Position numbers and translations under genes: made by a program. A stretch of DNA of 64,000 nt, taken from the sequence record OZ035744.1; one strand, given 5' to 3'. Each line of letters starts with the position of its first letter. Within the stretch, counting starts at the first letter, position 1. This document shows positions 38,059 through 48,483 of this stretch, piece after piece. Origin of the DNA: Felixounavirus LF110P1. The notes under the pieces are model-generated. The model made no database searches, had not been told where the DNA came from, and saw only the letters and a program-made list of their open reading frames with translations.

Positions 38059-38094
38059 TGGTACTCTTCATAAATTGAGATAGAGGTTTAAATA

Positions 38095-38952
38095 ATGTCT
38101 AAAGTTGTTAAAATGAAAGCTCCGGTAGAGAAGTACAACGGTACTGAACGTCAAACTCTGCGTTACCTGCTGAAAGATGTCTGGTTTTATTACCTGAACA
38201 CTTCACCACGTCCGGGAAAAGGTAAGTCTATTGATAAGAAATTCCCAGGCAAGGACTGTAACTACAGCGTATCAATTCTGGCAGAAGACGGTAACAAACT
38301 GTTTAAAGAGTTTACTAAGTCTAAGAAAAACCCAGAGGGTTGGGATAAAGTTACCACTGAAGCAGTTGATGCAGACGACTTCGAAGAGAAGTTTGGTTGT
38401 AAACCACCTTTTGAAGCAGACACTTACTACATCTTGAAAGTAAGTCGTGCAGCAGCTTATAAAGATGGTGCTGTATGGACAGCTAAACAGTCATTCCCTG
38501 TAATGCTGATTGAAGAAGTAAACGGTAAACGTGTAGCTGTTAAACAGCCGATGAAGAAAATCAAAGCTCAAGCATCTGATAAGCATGAAGATGATAAGAA
38601 CTATGATGTAATTCATCCAGATATTGCAGTTGGTAACGGTTCTTTTGGTAGTGTGATTCTTTCTACTCACTTCTACACTTTTGAGAACAATGTTCTGACT
38701 AAACCTATTCAGGAACAGTTTATCATTGATACTCTTGTACCTTACACTGGTGGTAACGGTGCTAATGGTGAACCTGAACTGGATGAAGATGAACTGGCTA
38801 TGCTTGGTCTTGATGGTGTCGAAGATAACGGTGAAATCACTGAAGAAGACGCAACAGACCATAAATCTTCGAATGATTCTGATGATGGTGATGATGAAGA
38901 TTTGCCAGACCCAGATGACGAAGAGGATGAAGACTTCGATACAGAAGATTAA
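38095..38952 (+). CDS. Single-stranded DNA-binding protein (T7 gp2.5-like, putative)
   Basis: 285 aa with a highly acidic C-terminal tail DSDDGDDEDLPDPDDEEDEDFDTED; position within the replication block. Confidence 0.5.
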   Translation: MSKVVKMKAPVEKYNGTERQTLRYLLKDVWFYYLNTSPRPGKGKSIDKKFPGKDCNYSVSILAEDGNKLFKEFTKSKKNPEGWDKVTTEAVDADDFEEKFGCKPPFEADTYYILKVSRAAAYKDGAVWTAKQSFPVMLIEEVNGKRVAVKQPMKKIKAQASDKHEDDKNYDVIHPDIAVGNGSFGSVILSTHFYTFENNVLTKPIQEQFIIDTLVPYTGGNGANGEPELDEDELAMLGLDGVEDNGEITEEDATDHKSSNDSDDGDDEDLPDPDDEEDEDFDTED

Positions 38953-39013
38953 TCTCTAAAGTTACTTTAAAGCCCTGTACTCCGTATGGGGCTTTTTCAT
39001 ATGGAGAGCCATA

Positions 39014-40054
39014 ATGGAGAAGTACACATTAACAAAACTTCCCGATTCAGTTACACATGTTTTTATTGACTCTGACAGTATTGCCTATAAAGGTGCTTGT
39101 GTAGTTGAGAAATCAAAATATAAATACGTCAATAAACTCACAGCAGAAGAATCTGAGCCATTTGATAATGCGAAAGATGCTGCAAGATGGTTAGCAGACC
39201 AGAGAATCCTTGTGGAAGAACTTGGCCTGACATTTGATGAAGATGAATGGGAAAGACAGACTTGGAAAGAAGCTAAGAGTGAAAAAGAAGCTATCATGGC
39301 TACTCAACAGGTGCTTCAGGAATGGCTTAAGATTGTTGGTAAAGAAAGAACTTGGGTAGGCTATTTAACAGAGAAAGGTGTGCATAAACATAAAGACATT
39401 AAAGGTCTTGAGCACCAATATCAAGGTAACCGTAAAGATGCTGTCACACCAACACACTTAGTTGCTTGTCGTGAATACCTTTTATCCAGACCAGAGTTCA
39501 AGCTCTTAAAGGGGGGCTTCGAAGCCGATTCAATCGTAATTGCTAAAGCTGAAAAGATGGGTAAGAAGGCTGCTCTTATGAGTATTGATAAAGACCTTCG
39601 ACAAGCTGAAGGAACTTATTGTATTGATATGACTTATGAAAAATCACCACTAATCTTTATTGCTGATAATAATGTTGGTGATATCTGGGATTGTCCTATC
39701 AAATCAAAACCAAAAGCTGCAAAAACAGTTGGTGTAGGTTTTAAGTTCTTATGCTATCAGGCTGTTGCTGGAGATAATGCAGACAACTACTTCGGACTTA
39801 AAGGTGCTGGTAAAGTAGCTGTGATGAATGCTTTAGATGGTAAAGAGACCTACAAAGAGTGTCTTGATGCTATCTATGAACTCTATGCTAAAAAAGACTC
39901 TTATACCTATGTGTCATGGGATGGACAGACTGTTACAAAGACACCGTTAGAGTTAATGGAACAGCATTTCTGGATAGCATATCAAGAGAGAAATCCAAAA
40001 GACAATTTCTCTTTCAAGAAATATAATTGGGAGCCGTGTATGAATGAAGATTAA
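39014..40054 (+). CDS. 5'-3' exonuclease/flap endonuclease (RNase H-like)
   Basis: HVFIDSDSIAYKGA, GFEADSIVIAKAE, MSIDKDLRQ and GDNADNYFGLKGAGKVAV align by eye with conserved T4 RNase H/FEN blocks. Confidence 0.6.
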   Translation: MEKYTLTKLPDSVTHVFIDSDSIAYKGACVVEKSKYKYVNKLTAEESEPFDNAKDAARWLADQRILVEELGLTFDEDEWERQTWKEAKSEKEAIMATQQVLQEWLKIVGKERTWVGYLTEKGVHKHKDIKGLEHQYQGNRKDAVTPTHLVACREYLLSRPEFKLLKGGFEADSIVIAKAEKMGKKAALMSIDKDLRQAEGTYCIDMTYEKSPLIFIADNNVGDIWDCPIKSKPKAAKTVGVGFKFLCYQAVAGDNADNYFGLKGAGKVAVMNALDGKETYKECLDAIYELYAKKDSYTYVSWDGQTVTKTPLELMEQHFWIAYQERNPKDNFSFKKYNWEPCMNED

Positions 40055-40541
40055 AGGATTTGGCAATTGCCCTACCTACGGTCATTGGGTATCTTTATGT
40101 GGGGAAGTTGACCCCACTAAACATTTTGGCTTTGTCTATTTAGTACACTGTAAGAAGACTGGACAATATTATATAGGAAAGAAACAGCTTAACAGTGTGA
40201 CCAAAAGAAAAGTTGCTGGGAAGACTCGGAAGAAGGTAGTCACTAAGGAAAGTGATTGGATGACTTACGAAACCTCTTCTGAGTATATTAAAAAAGATAT
40301 TGAGAGCTTTGGAAAAGAATTTTTTGACTTTTACATTATTCAGACCTACTACACAAAAGGTGGCCTAGTCTATGGTGAAGCAAACCTTCAACATAAATTC
40401 GATGTAATGACAAAAAGGATTGACTCGAAGCTCAGACTCTTCTACAATGCCAATATTGCAGCAATTAAGTTTATTACTAAAGAAACTTATGAAGATGCTG
40501 AAAAAAGAATCCATAAGGTAATGAAAGCAAATTGTGCTTGA
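40044..40541 (+). CDS. GIY-YIG-like nuclease domain protein (putative)
   Basis: FGFVYLVHCKKTGQYYIGKK matches a GIY-(x10)-YIG spacing; 165 aa. Confidence 0.35.
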   Translation: MKIKGFGNCPTYGHWVSLCGEVDPTKHFGFVYLVHCKKTGQYYIGKKQLNSVTKRKVAGKTRKKVVTKESDWMTYETSSEYIKKDIESFGKEFFDFYIIQTYYTKGGLVYGEANLQHKFDVMTKRIDSKLRLFYNANIAAIKFITKETYEDAEKRIHKVMKANCA

Positions 40542-40547
40542 TAACTA

Positions 40548-40793
40548 TTGAGAGAGAATAAAATGTTTAACAAAAGTAAAGCTGTGAGTCATGTAGCAAA
40601 AGTTGACAGTAAGATTGAAGAACTTGAGCGCATTCTTGCAAATGCTAGAGAGTCAATAATTAAAGAAGTTGAAGCTGTTGAATCACAAATGCAGCATCTA
40701 ATGCTTAAACGCCAAGAGCTACGTGAGCATCTGGAATATATTGAAACACGAGAGCTAAAGGTTAACAGATTTTTAAGGAGTCCAAATGTTTAA
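40548..40793 (+). CDS. Small coiled-coil protein
   Basis: 81 aa. Confidence 0.3.
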   Translation: MRENKMFNKSKAVSHVAKVDSKIEELERILANARESIIKEVEAVESQMQHLMLKRQELREHLEYIETRELKVNRFLRSPNV

Positions 40794-41541
40794 CTCAAGA
40801 GAAGCAGTAAAAAACTGGAATCTTCGTTGTGGAAACACTCAAAAGAAACCTTACAGTGATGAGTATTGGGAATCTTTAAAATCCCAGTCTCTGTGTATGC
40901 TGGAAGAAGCAAAAGAGCTTGTAAAAGCAATTGAAGAGAAAGACCCCATTGAGACACTGGATGCTCAGGCAGATTTGCAATATGTTCTTGACGGTTTGAT
41001 TTACCTGTCACAACATGACCATAACGGTGCTATGAAAGCTGTTTGCCGTAATAATGACCTGAAGTACACAGATGACTATGAAGAAGCTTTAAAACGTCTT
41101 GCAGATATTGAGAAGCGTACTGGTCAAGAGTGTATTATCAGAATGTCAGTAGTTGATGGTAAAGAGTGGTATGCCATTGTTCGTGCAGCAGATGGGAAGA
41201 TTATGAAGCAATCGAATCTCCCTAAAGTACAGCTTGGTGAATACATTGTAGAACTTGAAAGCCAAGAACTTTTTGTGGTAGTATCTGAGACATGCGTTAT
41301 CTGCAAAGGTATTGTAGATAGTTTAAAGGATTTGGGTGTAGATGGTTTTGTAGAAGTTAATCCAATTACCTCTAAAGCAGATAAAGACTTCTGTAAAGAG
41401 AATGGACTATGGATTGCAGATATTGTCTATTATGATGGTGAGCAGTTCCATGTAACCTCATACCCGAAACTGAATTATGATGCTAATAACCTGAAGTGCT
41501 GGTTAAAAGGGGTTGGTTATAATGGATTCACAGAACATTAA
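40786..41541 (+). CDS. Two-domain protein: MazG-like N-terminus and thioredoxin-fold-like C-terminus with a CxxC (putative)
   Basis: N-terminal acidic helical motifs MLEEAKELVKAIEE and DAQADLQYVLDGL; C-terminal FVVVSETCVICKG resembles a glutaredoxin strand-CxxC-helix start. Confidence 0.3.
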   Translation: MFNSREAVKNWNLRCGNTQKKPYSDEYWESLKSQSLCMLEEAKELVKAIEEKDPIETLDAQADLQYVLDGLIYLSQHDHNGAMKAVCRNNDLKYTDDYEEALKRLADIEKRTGQECIIRMSVVDGKEWYAIVRAADGKIMKQSNLPKVQLGEYIVELESQELFVVVSETCVICKGIVDSLKDLGVDGFVEVNPITSKADKDFCKENGLWIADIVYYDGEQFHVTSYPKLNYDANNLKCWLKGVGYNGFTEH

Positions 41542-41845
41542 TAAAGAGGGTGTGGCTCAGAAGAGCCACTTCTCAAACTACAATATTTCTATGACGGTGT
41601 TCATGAATGACCCGTTACTAGAAAAATATGGTGAGACTCCAGATACACTTCTGGACAATGAACAAGTTTTAAAAGCAGTCCTGTACAAATATGGGATTGA
41701 TATTGAGAAAGAATATTCCTTTGAAATCTGCCAACACAGGAATACTTTCGGTAAAGTTGTGATGGCTCCACTCTTTATGGGTGTAGAAAGGACTGACTAT
41801 GGTTGGTTATATCTAAAAAGAAACTTGGAGAAATACCGTGTCTAA
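41513..41845 (+). CDS. Hypothetical protein
   Basis: 110 aa ORF. Confidence 0.3.
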   Translation: MVIMDSQNINKEGVAQKSHFSNYNISMTVFMNDPLLEKYGETPDTLLDNEQVLKAVLYKYGIDIEKEYSFEICQHRNTFGKVVMAPLFMGVERTDYGWLYLKRNLEKYRV

Positions 41846-42176
41846 AGCAAAAAAGCTATCTTATGATGATATTGTCTCAGGTGCTAAGTTAGGCGTTGAC
41901 AGCCTCGGACAAGATGTTAAGCACGGGGACACAGTTATGTACTGTGATGACCGAAGAGGTAGAAGTGCAATCTTGTTTGGAAGAATTGTTTGCAAGATGC
42001 GAGGCAATTACGTTGTTGCAGACATGGATGTGAACGTTACACAAAAACTTGAAACACTTATGGATGATAATACATCATCATGGTTCCCCCTGAACTGTAT
42101 GCACACTTCTTCAGTCACAAAAGTAAGTGATAAGTTTTACGATATGTGGCAGAATGAGCAAATTTTCAAGATTTAA
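41838..42176 (+). CDS. Hypothetical protein
   Basis: 112 aa ORF followed by a strong terminator. Confidence 0.3.
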   Translation: MSKAKKLSYDDIVSGAKLGVDSLGQDVKHGDTVMYCDDRRGRSAILFGRIVCKMRGNYVVADMDVNVTQKLETLMDDNTSSWFPLNCMHTSSVTKVSDKFYDMWQNEQIFKI

Positions 42177-42182
42177 ACTAGG

Positions 42183-42204
42183 GAGCCTCTTCGGAGGCTC
42201 TTTT
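42183..42204 (+). terminator. Rho-independent terminator (TTCG tetraloop)
   Basis: GAGCCTC ttcg GAGGCTC followed by TTTT. Confidence 0.6.
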
Positions 42205-42222
42205 CATCTGTAGGATTCAAAA

Positions 42223-44457
42223 ATGATTAAGACAATTAAAAAATCAAACGGTACAGTAGTAAGCTTTGACCCAGAAAGACTGAATAAGTGGGCATCATGG
42301 GCAGATAAACGTGGAATTATCTGGTCAGAAGTCACTATGGAAGCTATGAAACGTGTCTATGAGGGTTGCACTACAAAAGAGATGCACCAAGCCATGATTG
42401 ATGTTTGTGTTGATAAACAAACTCAAGAGTACTCAGATATGGCTGGACGACTACTTTTGGGTATTATCTACAAAGAAGCATTTGGAGGCTTTACTAAGGT
42501 TCCTACGCTGGTTACCTTCGTTAAAAATATGGAGAGAGCAGGACTTTGGGAGAAGATGGACTACTCACAGGAAGAGCTTGAATACCTGCAAGGTTACATT
42601 GTGCACTCAAAAGATATCTCTTACGGTTATGCAGTCTTGAAACAGTTCAGAGACAAGTATGGTATCCGTGATATTAAAACGGGAAGACTTTTTGAGTCAC
42701 CACAATTTATGTTTATGGGTATGGCTATGAAAGCCTTTGAGAAGCAACCAAAGCACCGTAGATTACAAGATGTTATCAAGCTGTACACTTACCTATCTGA
42801 CCTGAAGATTAACGCTCCTACACCTTATCTGAATGGTTTAAGGGCCACTAAATCAGGTTATGCGTCATGCTGTTTGATTAAGGCAAATGACACTGCCGAA
42901 TCTCTCGGTATTGCTGCAAAGGTTGCTTATGATATGACTACAAAGCAAGCTGGCATTGGGATGCTGATGGAGACTCGTACTATTGGTGATGGTATCCGTC
43001 AAAATACTATTGAGCACATGGGTAAACTACCTTATTACAAGCTTGTACGCTCATCTGTAGAGGCAAACAAACAGAAGAGTCGTGGTGGTTCAGCTAATAA
43101 CTTCTACACTGCTCTAGACCCGCAGATTGAAGATTTACTGCGTTTGAAGCACCCTACAACGGTTCCTTCTAAACGTATTAATGAGATGGACTACTCATTC
43201 GGCACAAACGATTATTTCTGGCAGTGTGTTCAGTATGATACAGATTGGTTGCTATTCTCTTACAAAGATGCACCAAAACTCTATGACATGTTCTACACAG
43301 CATCTGCTGATGAGTTTGCTATGGCAGTTGGTCACGCAGTGCATTCAGGTGTTAAGCACAGACGAGTAAAGGCTCGTGAAATTGCTAAACTGTTTATCCA
43401 GCAGCGTTATGCAACAGGTCGTGTGTACCCATTCTTCACGAATAATGCAAACACACATACACCATTTAAAGAGCCTTTGAAGATGTCAAATCTTTGTATG
43501 GAAATTGTATTGCCAGTGTATGGTTTTGAGAAAGAGACAGACCTTTACAGAGATGATGCTGTGAAAGAGGATGGTGAGGTGGCTCTTTGCTTCCTAGCTA
43601 GTTTGGTTGCAGGGAGAATTTCAGAAGATGAATACGCTGACGTTGCTTATTATGCTCTTGCAATGGTTGACTCCGTTATTGACCTTATGGATTATCCGTA
43701 TCCGTCGATGCGTAACCACGTTCAGAAGCGTCGTTCTGTTGGGATTGGCCTTACAAATGTGGCTCATTACCTTGCGAAGAACTACGTGAACTACTCTTCA
43801 CGAGCAGGTAAAACGAAACTTCATGAACTGGCAGAGATGCACTCTTACTATCTGCATGAAGCCTCTCTGAGACTTGCTAAAGAACGTGGCGTGCCAGAGT
43901 ACATGAAGTTCACTAAGTATCCTGAAGGCTGGGTTCCTCCAAAGACAGCTAACAAGAAGATTGATGAAAAGCATGATGCAAAACTACGATATGATTGGGA
44001 TGACTTAGCACAACGTATCAAAGAAAATGGTGGAATCCGAAACTCTGTATTAGAAGCTTACATGCCTAATGAGAGTTCTTCACTGGCAACCAATACGACA
44101 AACGGCTTGTATCCAATTCGTGACTTTATTTTAACTAAAAAGTCTGCAACTGGTAACGTACTGTTTATTGTTCCAGATTATGAAGAGTTGAAGTATGTAT
44201 ATGAAATTGCTTGGGGTATTGACACCTTTGACCTGATTGATTGTTATGCAATTGTTCAAAAGTTCACTGGTCAAGCTATCTCTTCAGATTTCTATGTTGA
44301 CTACGCAAAAGCTAAGAAGGTATCATTGGCTCAAGCTTTGAAGTACATGATTTATGCCAACTCGGTAGGTATGAAAACCATGTACTACCTTAACAGTCGC
44401 ATTGGTGTAGGTAAATCTGCACTGCAAGATGCTTATTGCGAGGGTTGTGGTGTTTAG
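42223..44457 (+). CDS. nrdA: Ribonucleotide reductase class Ia large subunit
   Basis: 744 aa; N-terminal ATP-cone-like IKKSNGTVVSFDPERL; C-terminal Cys pair CEGCG; followed by nrdB. Confidence 0.85.
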   Translation: MIKTIKKSNGTVVSFDPERLNKWASWADKRGIIWSEVTMEAMKRVYEGCTTKEMHQAMIDVCVDKQTQEYSDMAGRLLLGIIYKEAFGGFTKVPTLVTFVKNMERAGLWEKMDYSQEELEYLQGYIVHSKDISYGYAVLKQFRDKYGIRDIKTGRLFESPQFMFMGMAMKAFEKQPKHRRLQDVIKLYTYLSDLKINAPTPYLNGLRATKSGYASCCLIKANDTAESLGIAAKVAYDMTTKQAGIGMLMETRTIGDGIRQNTIEHMGKLPYYKLVRSSVEANKQKSRGGSANNFYTALDPQIEDLLRLKHPTTVPSKRINEMDYSFGTNDYFWQCVQYDTDWLLFSYKDAPKLYDMFYTASADEFAMAVGHAVHSGVKHRRVKAREIAKLFIQQRYATGRVYPFFTNNANTHTPFKEPLKMSNLCMEIVLPVYGFEKETDLYRDDAVKEDGEVALCFLASLVAGRISEDEYADVAYYALAMVDSVIDLMDYPYPSMRNHVQKRRSVGIGLTNVAHYLAKNYVNYSSRAGKTKLHELAEMHSYYLHEASLRLAKERGVPEYMKFTKYPEGWVPPKTANKKIDEKHDAKLRYDWDDLAQRIKENGGIRNSVLEAYMPNESSSLATNTTNGLYPIRDFILTKKSATGNVLFIVPDYEELKYVYEIAWGIDTFDLIDCYAIVQKFTGQAISSDFYVDYAKAKKVSLAQALKYMIYANSVGMKTMYYLNSRIGVGKSALQDAYCEGCGV

Positions 44458-44512
44458 TTTTAACAACTATGAGGGTCGTAAAAGACCCTCTAAAAATAAC
44501 TTTGGAGAGACC

Positions 44513-44770
44513 ATGAAAGATTTAATAGAAAAACATGAGCGACCAATATACTTGCTCTACAAACCCCGCAAAGCATTGTACTATGTGAGCAGCACAGGTA
44601 TCATGATAAAGCAGAATAATGACTTATGGGTCACTGGAGCCTCTTACATCTCTACAGCAGACGGTAAAATCTACGCAAGACCTTATGAGATGTTCAACAA
44701 AGAAAATTGGGAAGTTTTAGACAGAAAACAAGCCTTAGAAATGATAAAGAAAGGAGAAATCACGCTATGA
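44513..44770 (+). CDS. Hypothetical protein (start chosen at ATG 44513, GGAGAG RBS)
   Basis: 85 aa; stop overlaps the nrdB ATG (ATGA). Confidence 0.3.
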   Translation: MKDLIEKHERPIYLLYKPRKALYYVSSTGIMIKQNNDLWVTGASYISTADGKIYARPYEMFNKENWEVLDRKQALEMIKKGEITL

Positions 44771-45840
44771 TTAACCAGCACCCAATCTTTTTAGGTGGTG
44801 AGAGAAAAACTTTTGACTCACTTAATAAACACTACCCAAAAATCTTTGAACTTTATAAACAACAAAAAGCACAAGACTGGTCAGAAGATGAGTTCCCTTT
44901 TGAACAATCACGTCTTGATTTTGAGAGTGTCCCAGCATCAATGTCAGGTGTAATGCTTGAGATTCTTAAGTGGCAGTGGGAAGCAGATACTCAAGTTGCT
45001 AAGAGCTTGGCATTTGCCTTTGCACCATTTATCTCTGATGACATCTATGCAACTGCAATTATGAAGCAGTCTGAGATTGAAAACCTACATGCCCTTACTT
45101 ACTCAGAGATTGTAAGGCAATGTATTAAAAACCCTGAAACAATCTTAGATGAGATTAACCAGAATATTGCTGTACAAGACCGATTAAAAACTGTGAATCG
45201 TGTTCTTGAAGAATTGCTGGACGAAGGTATAAACTATCGGCTAAGTTATGTCCGTGACTCACTTCTGGATAAAGACCCTTTACACTTCCATAAAGTGATT
45301 CTAAAAGGTCTATTTGCAGTGACTGCACTTGAAGGTATATCCTTTATGGCATCCTTTGCATGTACTTTTGCACTTGATGCTCAAGATAAATTTCAGGGTA
45401 TTGCTCAAGCTGTCCAGAAAATTATGCTTGATGAAATCCTTCACACTAAAATTGATATTGAAGTTTTAAAAGAAACTTTAAGAGATGATGAGTGGCAAAA
45501 AGCTTTCCAACAAATTCTTCCAGAGATTAAAGTAATCTTAGATGAAGTAGTTGAAAGCGAAGAGAAATGGTCGTATTATATCTTCTCCGAAGGACGCGCT
45601 GTAGTTGGATTAAATACAAAGCTTCTTCATGAGTGGGTTTACTATAATGCTGCCCCACTGTATGATATGTTTGGCATTCCCAGAGATTTTGTAGCTCCTA
45701 AAGAACCACCTTTGAAGTATATGATTAAGAAGATGGAAATTGATAAAGAGCAGAATGCTAATCAGGAGCAACAGAACGGTGCGTATTTATTGAATACTGT
45801 TGTAGATGATTTGAATAGTGGATTTTTAGAGGTTCCTTAA
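44767..45840 (+). CDS. nrdB: Ribonucleotide reductase class Ia small subunit (start at 44767, not the track's 44707)
   Basis: ~357 aa helical protein directly downstream of nrdA; GGAG RBS upstream of the 44767 ATG. Confidence 0.8.
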   Translation: MINQHPIFLGGERKTFDSLNKHYPKIFELYKQQKAQDWSEDEFPFEQSRLDFESVPASMSGVMLEILKWQWEADTQVAKSLAFAFAPFISDDIYATAIMKQSEIENLHALTYSEIVRQCIKNPETILDEINQNIAVQDRLKTVNRVLEELLDEGINYRLSYVRDSLLDKDPLHFHKVILKGLFAVTALEGISFMASFACTFALDAQDKFQGIAQAVQKIMLDEILHTKIDIEVLKETLRDDEWQKAFQQILPEIKVILDEVVESEEKWSYYIFSEGRAVVGLNTKLLHEWVYYNAAPLYDMFGIPRDFVAPKEPPLKYMIKKMEIDKEQNANQEQQNGAYLLNTVVDDLNSGFLEVP

Positions 45841-46082
45841 TGACTTATGTAATTTACTCCAAAACTGGATGCCCTCAGTGTGAGACTGCAAAGAATTTTG
45901 CAAAAGCTCGTGGTATTGACCATGTTGTAAGAATGTTAGGACAGGATTATGAACTGTCAGACCTGATGGATATTGCACAGATGCCAGTTCGTCAGATGCC
46001 ATTCATCATGAAAACTGACGGTCAAAACCTAAAACCTGTTGGAACGCTACAGAATTTTATGGCAGAGGTGAATAATGCTTAA
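45840..46082 (+). CDS. Glutaredoxin/NrdH-like redoxin
   Basis: CPQC active site after an N-terminal beta strand (VIYSKTGCPQCETAK); 80 aa; sits between nrdB and nrdD. Confidence 0.7.
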   Translation: MTYVIYSKTGCPQCETAKNFAKARGIDHVVRMLGQDYELSDLMDIAQMPVRQMPFIMKTDGQNLKPVGTLQNFMAEVNNA

Positions 46083-46281
46083 ACGCCTTTGGGAAGGTTT
46101 AGTTGTTGATGCACCAGCTATTGTGATTGGTATGCTTGTTGTTAACCTATTTACTGATTTTGAACAAGGTTCATTGTTTGGAGCCATGTTACTATGGGTT
46201 ATCTTTGAAATATTAGAAATACAGTTAGGCATCACTGAAAAACTAAGAGAACTCTTTTCGAAGTTTTCTAAAAAGATTTAA
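46075..46281 (+). CDS. Small membrane protein (two hydrophobic segments)
   Basis: VVDAPAIVIGMLVVNLF and LFGAMLLWVIFEILEI. Confidence 0.35.
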   Translation: MLKRLWEGLVVDAPAIVIGMLVVNLFTDFEQGSLFGAMLLWVIFEILEIQLGITEKLRELFSKFSKKI

Positions 46282-46288
46282 AATGAAA

Positions 46289-46310
46289 GGGTCTCTTCGG
46301 AGACCTTTTT
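46289..46310 (+). terminator. Rho-independent terminator (TTCG tetraloop)
   Basis: GGTCTC ttcg GAGACC followed by TTTTT. Confidence 0.6.
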
Positions 46311-46329
46311 AGTATGCAAAGGAGCAATA

Positions 46330-48474
46330 ATGAACAAAGTACAGATTATTAAAAAGAATGGCTCACTTGAAGAACCTGATATCAAAAAAGTTTTAGCAGC
46401 AGTCACAAAGTCAGCTAACAGAGTTGGTTATAAAGAGCTTCCACCAGATGTTACTCAAGCTCTTGAGTCAGCATTTATGAGGATTCTGGTAAAGTCCACT
46501 AAGCAGAATAATTTGCTAATTTCGGTAAATGATATTCACAGTATTGTTGAGGGTGCTTTGGCAGAAGTCAATCACGAGATTTATGAGTCTTACTCAACAT
46601 ATAGAAATTACCGTAAAGAGGTTGCTCAAAATTGGGATGAACTCTACCAGAAGACTAAAGATACACTCTTCTTAGGTGACCGAGAAAACGCTAATTTTGA
46701 CAGCAGTTTAATTTCTACAAAAGGTTCAATTATTCGTGGTTATCTGACTAAAGAAATCTTTAAACAGTACCATTTAACACCAGAGGAACTTGAAGCCATT
46801 GAAAAAGGGTTTATCTACATCCATGATTTAAGAGACCTAATTTTTGGTGGTATCAACTGTTGCCTGTTTGACATTGGTAAAGTCCTGAAAGGTGGCTTTG
46901 AAATGTCTGGCATCGAATATTGTGAACCGAAGTCTGTACTGTCAGCCTTACAGGTTATTGGTGATGTAGTTCTTTCAGCAACTGCACAGCAATTTGGTGG
47001 CTTTACTTTAGCAGAGATTGATAAGGTACTTGTACCGTATGCTAAGAAGTCTCTACACTATCATGCTGAGAAAGCAGCATCTTATGGTATTCCTAAAGAA
47101 CATTACCACAATTATGTCATGGAGCAGCTACAGATTGAACTGACTCAGGGTTTCCAGTCACTTGAAATGAAACTAAACACTGTACCTTGTAGTCGTGGGG
47201 ATTTTGCATTCACAACTTTGACATTCGGGTTACTTGACTCAGATATGTCCAATGAAGATAACCGACTGCAATACATGATTGCAAGTACTCTCCTAGATGT
47301 TCGTATGAATGGACAAGGTAAGAGCAAGAAGCCTGTTGTATTCCCTAAACTGGTTTATATTTATGACCAGAAGAGACACGATGAGAATATCTGTCAAGGC
47401 CACCTGTACAGTAAAGCTATTGAGTGTTGCTCTAAAGCAATGTATCCAGACTTCTTAAGTGTATCTGGTCATGGTGCTGTAGCAGAGGCTTTTGAGCGTT
47501 CTGGTAAGGTTATTTCACCAATGGGTTGCAGAGCTTTCTTGTCTCCATATCTTAATGAGGATGGGGAAGAGTTCTACGTTGGTCGTGCTAACATTGGTGC
47601 TGTATCTTTGAACTTACCAATGATTTACCAGTATTCTAAAGAGAATGGATTAGACTTCTGGACAGAACTTGATAAATATCTCGAAATGATTCGTAGCTTC
47701 CATAAGAAACGCTACGAAATGATTGCTAATATGCCAGCAAGTTCTAACCCTCTTGCATTCACACAAGGTGGTCTGTACAAAGGAACTAAGAAACCTACTG
47801 ACAAGGTTGGTTGGGATATTGTGAAGTCCTTCACAGCTTCTTTTGGTGTTACTGCGCTTGATGAGTTGTCTGTTCTTGCTGAAGGTAAACGACTTCATGA
47901 AGTTGGAAGCTATAGTTTTGCATATGATGTTCTGGCATACATCAACATGAAAACCGAAGAGTTTAAAAATGAAGATGGCTTCTTATATGCCGTCTATGGT
48001 ACTCCAGCAGAATCACTATGTGGGACTCAGCTAAAACAGTTCAGAGATATGTTTGGGGTTATCAAAGGTGTTTCCGATAAGGAATACTTTACAAACAGTT
48101 TCCATATGAATGTTGCAGCAGACATCTCGCCATTTGAGAAGCAGGACTTAGAAGAGCCATTCTTCCATATCTGTAGAGGCGGTAGAATCCAGTATGTAAG
48201 AGTAGCTAACCCAGAAAACTTAACAGCACTTAAAAGTTGTATTACAAGAGGGATGTTGAAAGGTTTCTATCAGGGGCTTAACTTTGACTTAGCAATCTGT
48301 GAACATTGTGGTAACAGACCAAAGGCTGATGTTGAAGAATGTGAGGTTTGCCATTCACATGATATCTCTGTGATTAACAGGGTGTGTGGGTATCTTGGAT
48401 GGACTAAGATTAAAGGTGAATCCCGAATGAACGATGCAAAAATCGCTGAGATTCGTGATAGAGTCTCTATGTAA
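46330..48474 (+). CDS. nrdD: Anaerobic ribonucleoside-triphosphate reductase (class III)
   Basis: C-terminal zinc ribbon CEHCG...CEVCHS and glycyl-radical motif NRVCGYLGW; N-terminal ATP-cone-like region. Confidence 0.85.
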   Translation: MNKVQIIKKNGSLEEPDIKKVLAAVTKSANRVGYKELPPDVTQALESAFMRILVKSTKQNNLLISVNDIHSIVEGALAEVNHEIYESYSTYRNYRKEVAQNWDELYQKTKDTLFLGDRENANFDSSLISTKGSIIRGYLTKEIFKQYHLTPEELEAIEKGFIYIHDLRDLIFGGINCCLFDIGKVLKGGFEMSGIEYCEPKSVLSALQVIGDVVLSATAQQFGGFTLAEIDKVLVPYAKKSLHYHAEKAASYGIPKEHYHNYVMEQLQIELTQGFQSLEMKLNTVPCSRGDFAFTTLTFGLLDSDMSNEDNRLQYMIASTLLDVRMNGQGKSKKPVVFPKLVYIYDQKRHDENICQGHLYSKAIECCSKAMYPDFLSVSGHGAVAEAFERSGKVISPMGCRAFLSPYLNEDGEEFYVGRANIGAVSLNLPMIYQYSKENGLDFWTELDKYLEMIRSFHKKRYEMIANMPASSNPLAFTQGGLYKGTKKPTDKVGWDIVKSFTASFGVTALDELSVLAEGKRLHEVGSYSFAYDVLAYINMKTEEFKNEDGFLYAVYGTPAESLCGTQLKQFRDMFGVIKGVSDKEYFTNSFHMNVAADISPFEKQDLEEPFFHICRGGRIQYVRVANPENLTALKSCITRGMLKGFYQGLNFDLAICEHCGNRPKADVEECEVCHSHDISVINRVCGYLGWTKIKGESRMNDAKIAEIRDRVSM

Positions 48475-48483
48475 AACTTGACA

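Noticed and set aside
44471-44490. Hairpin GAGGGTC gtaaaa GACCCTC after nrdA as an intrinsic terminator
   Set aside because: Followed by TAAAAATAAC rather than a T-run on the plus strand; may be an RNA processing or stability element, but not a convincing rho-independent terminator.
30435-48474. Inteins or group I introns in the polymerase, nrdA or nrdD genes
   Set aside because: The ORFs are uninterrupted, lengths are plausible for intein-free enzymes, and no intein splice-junction blocks or intron-like structured gaps were seen by eye.
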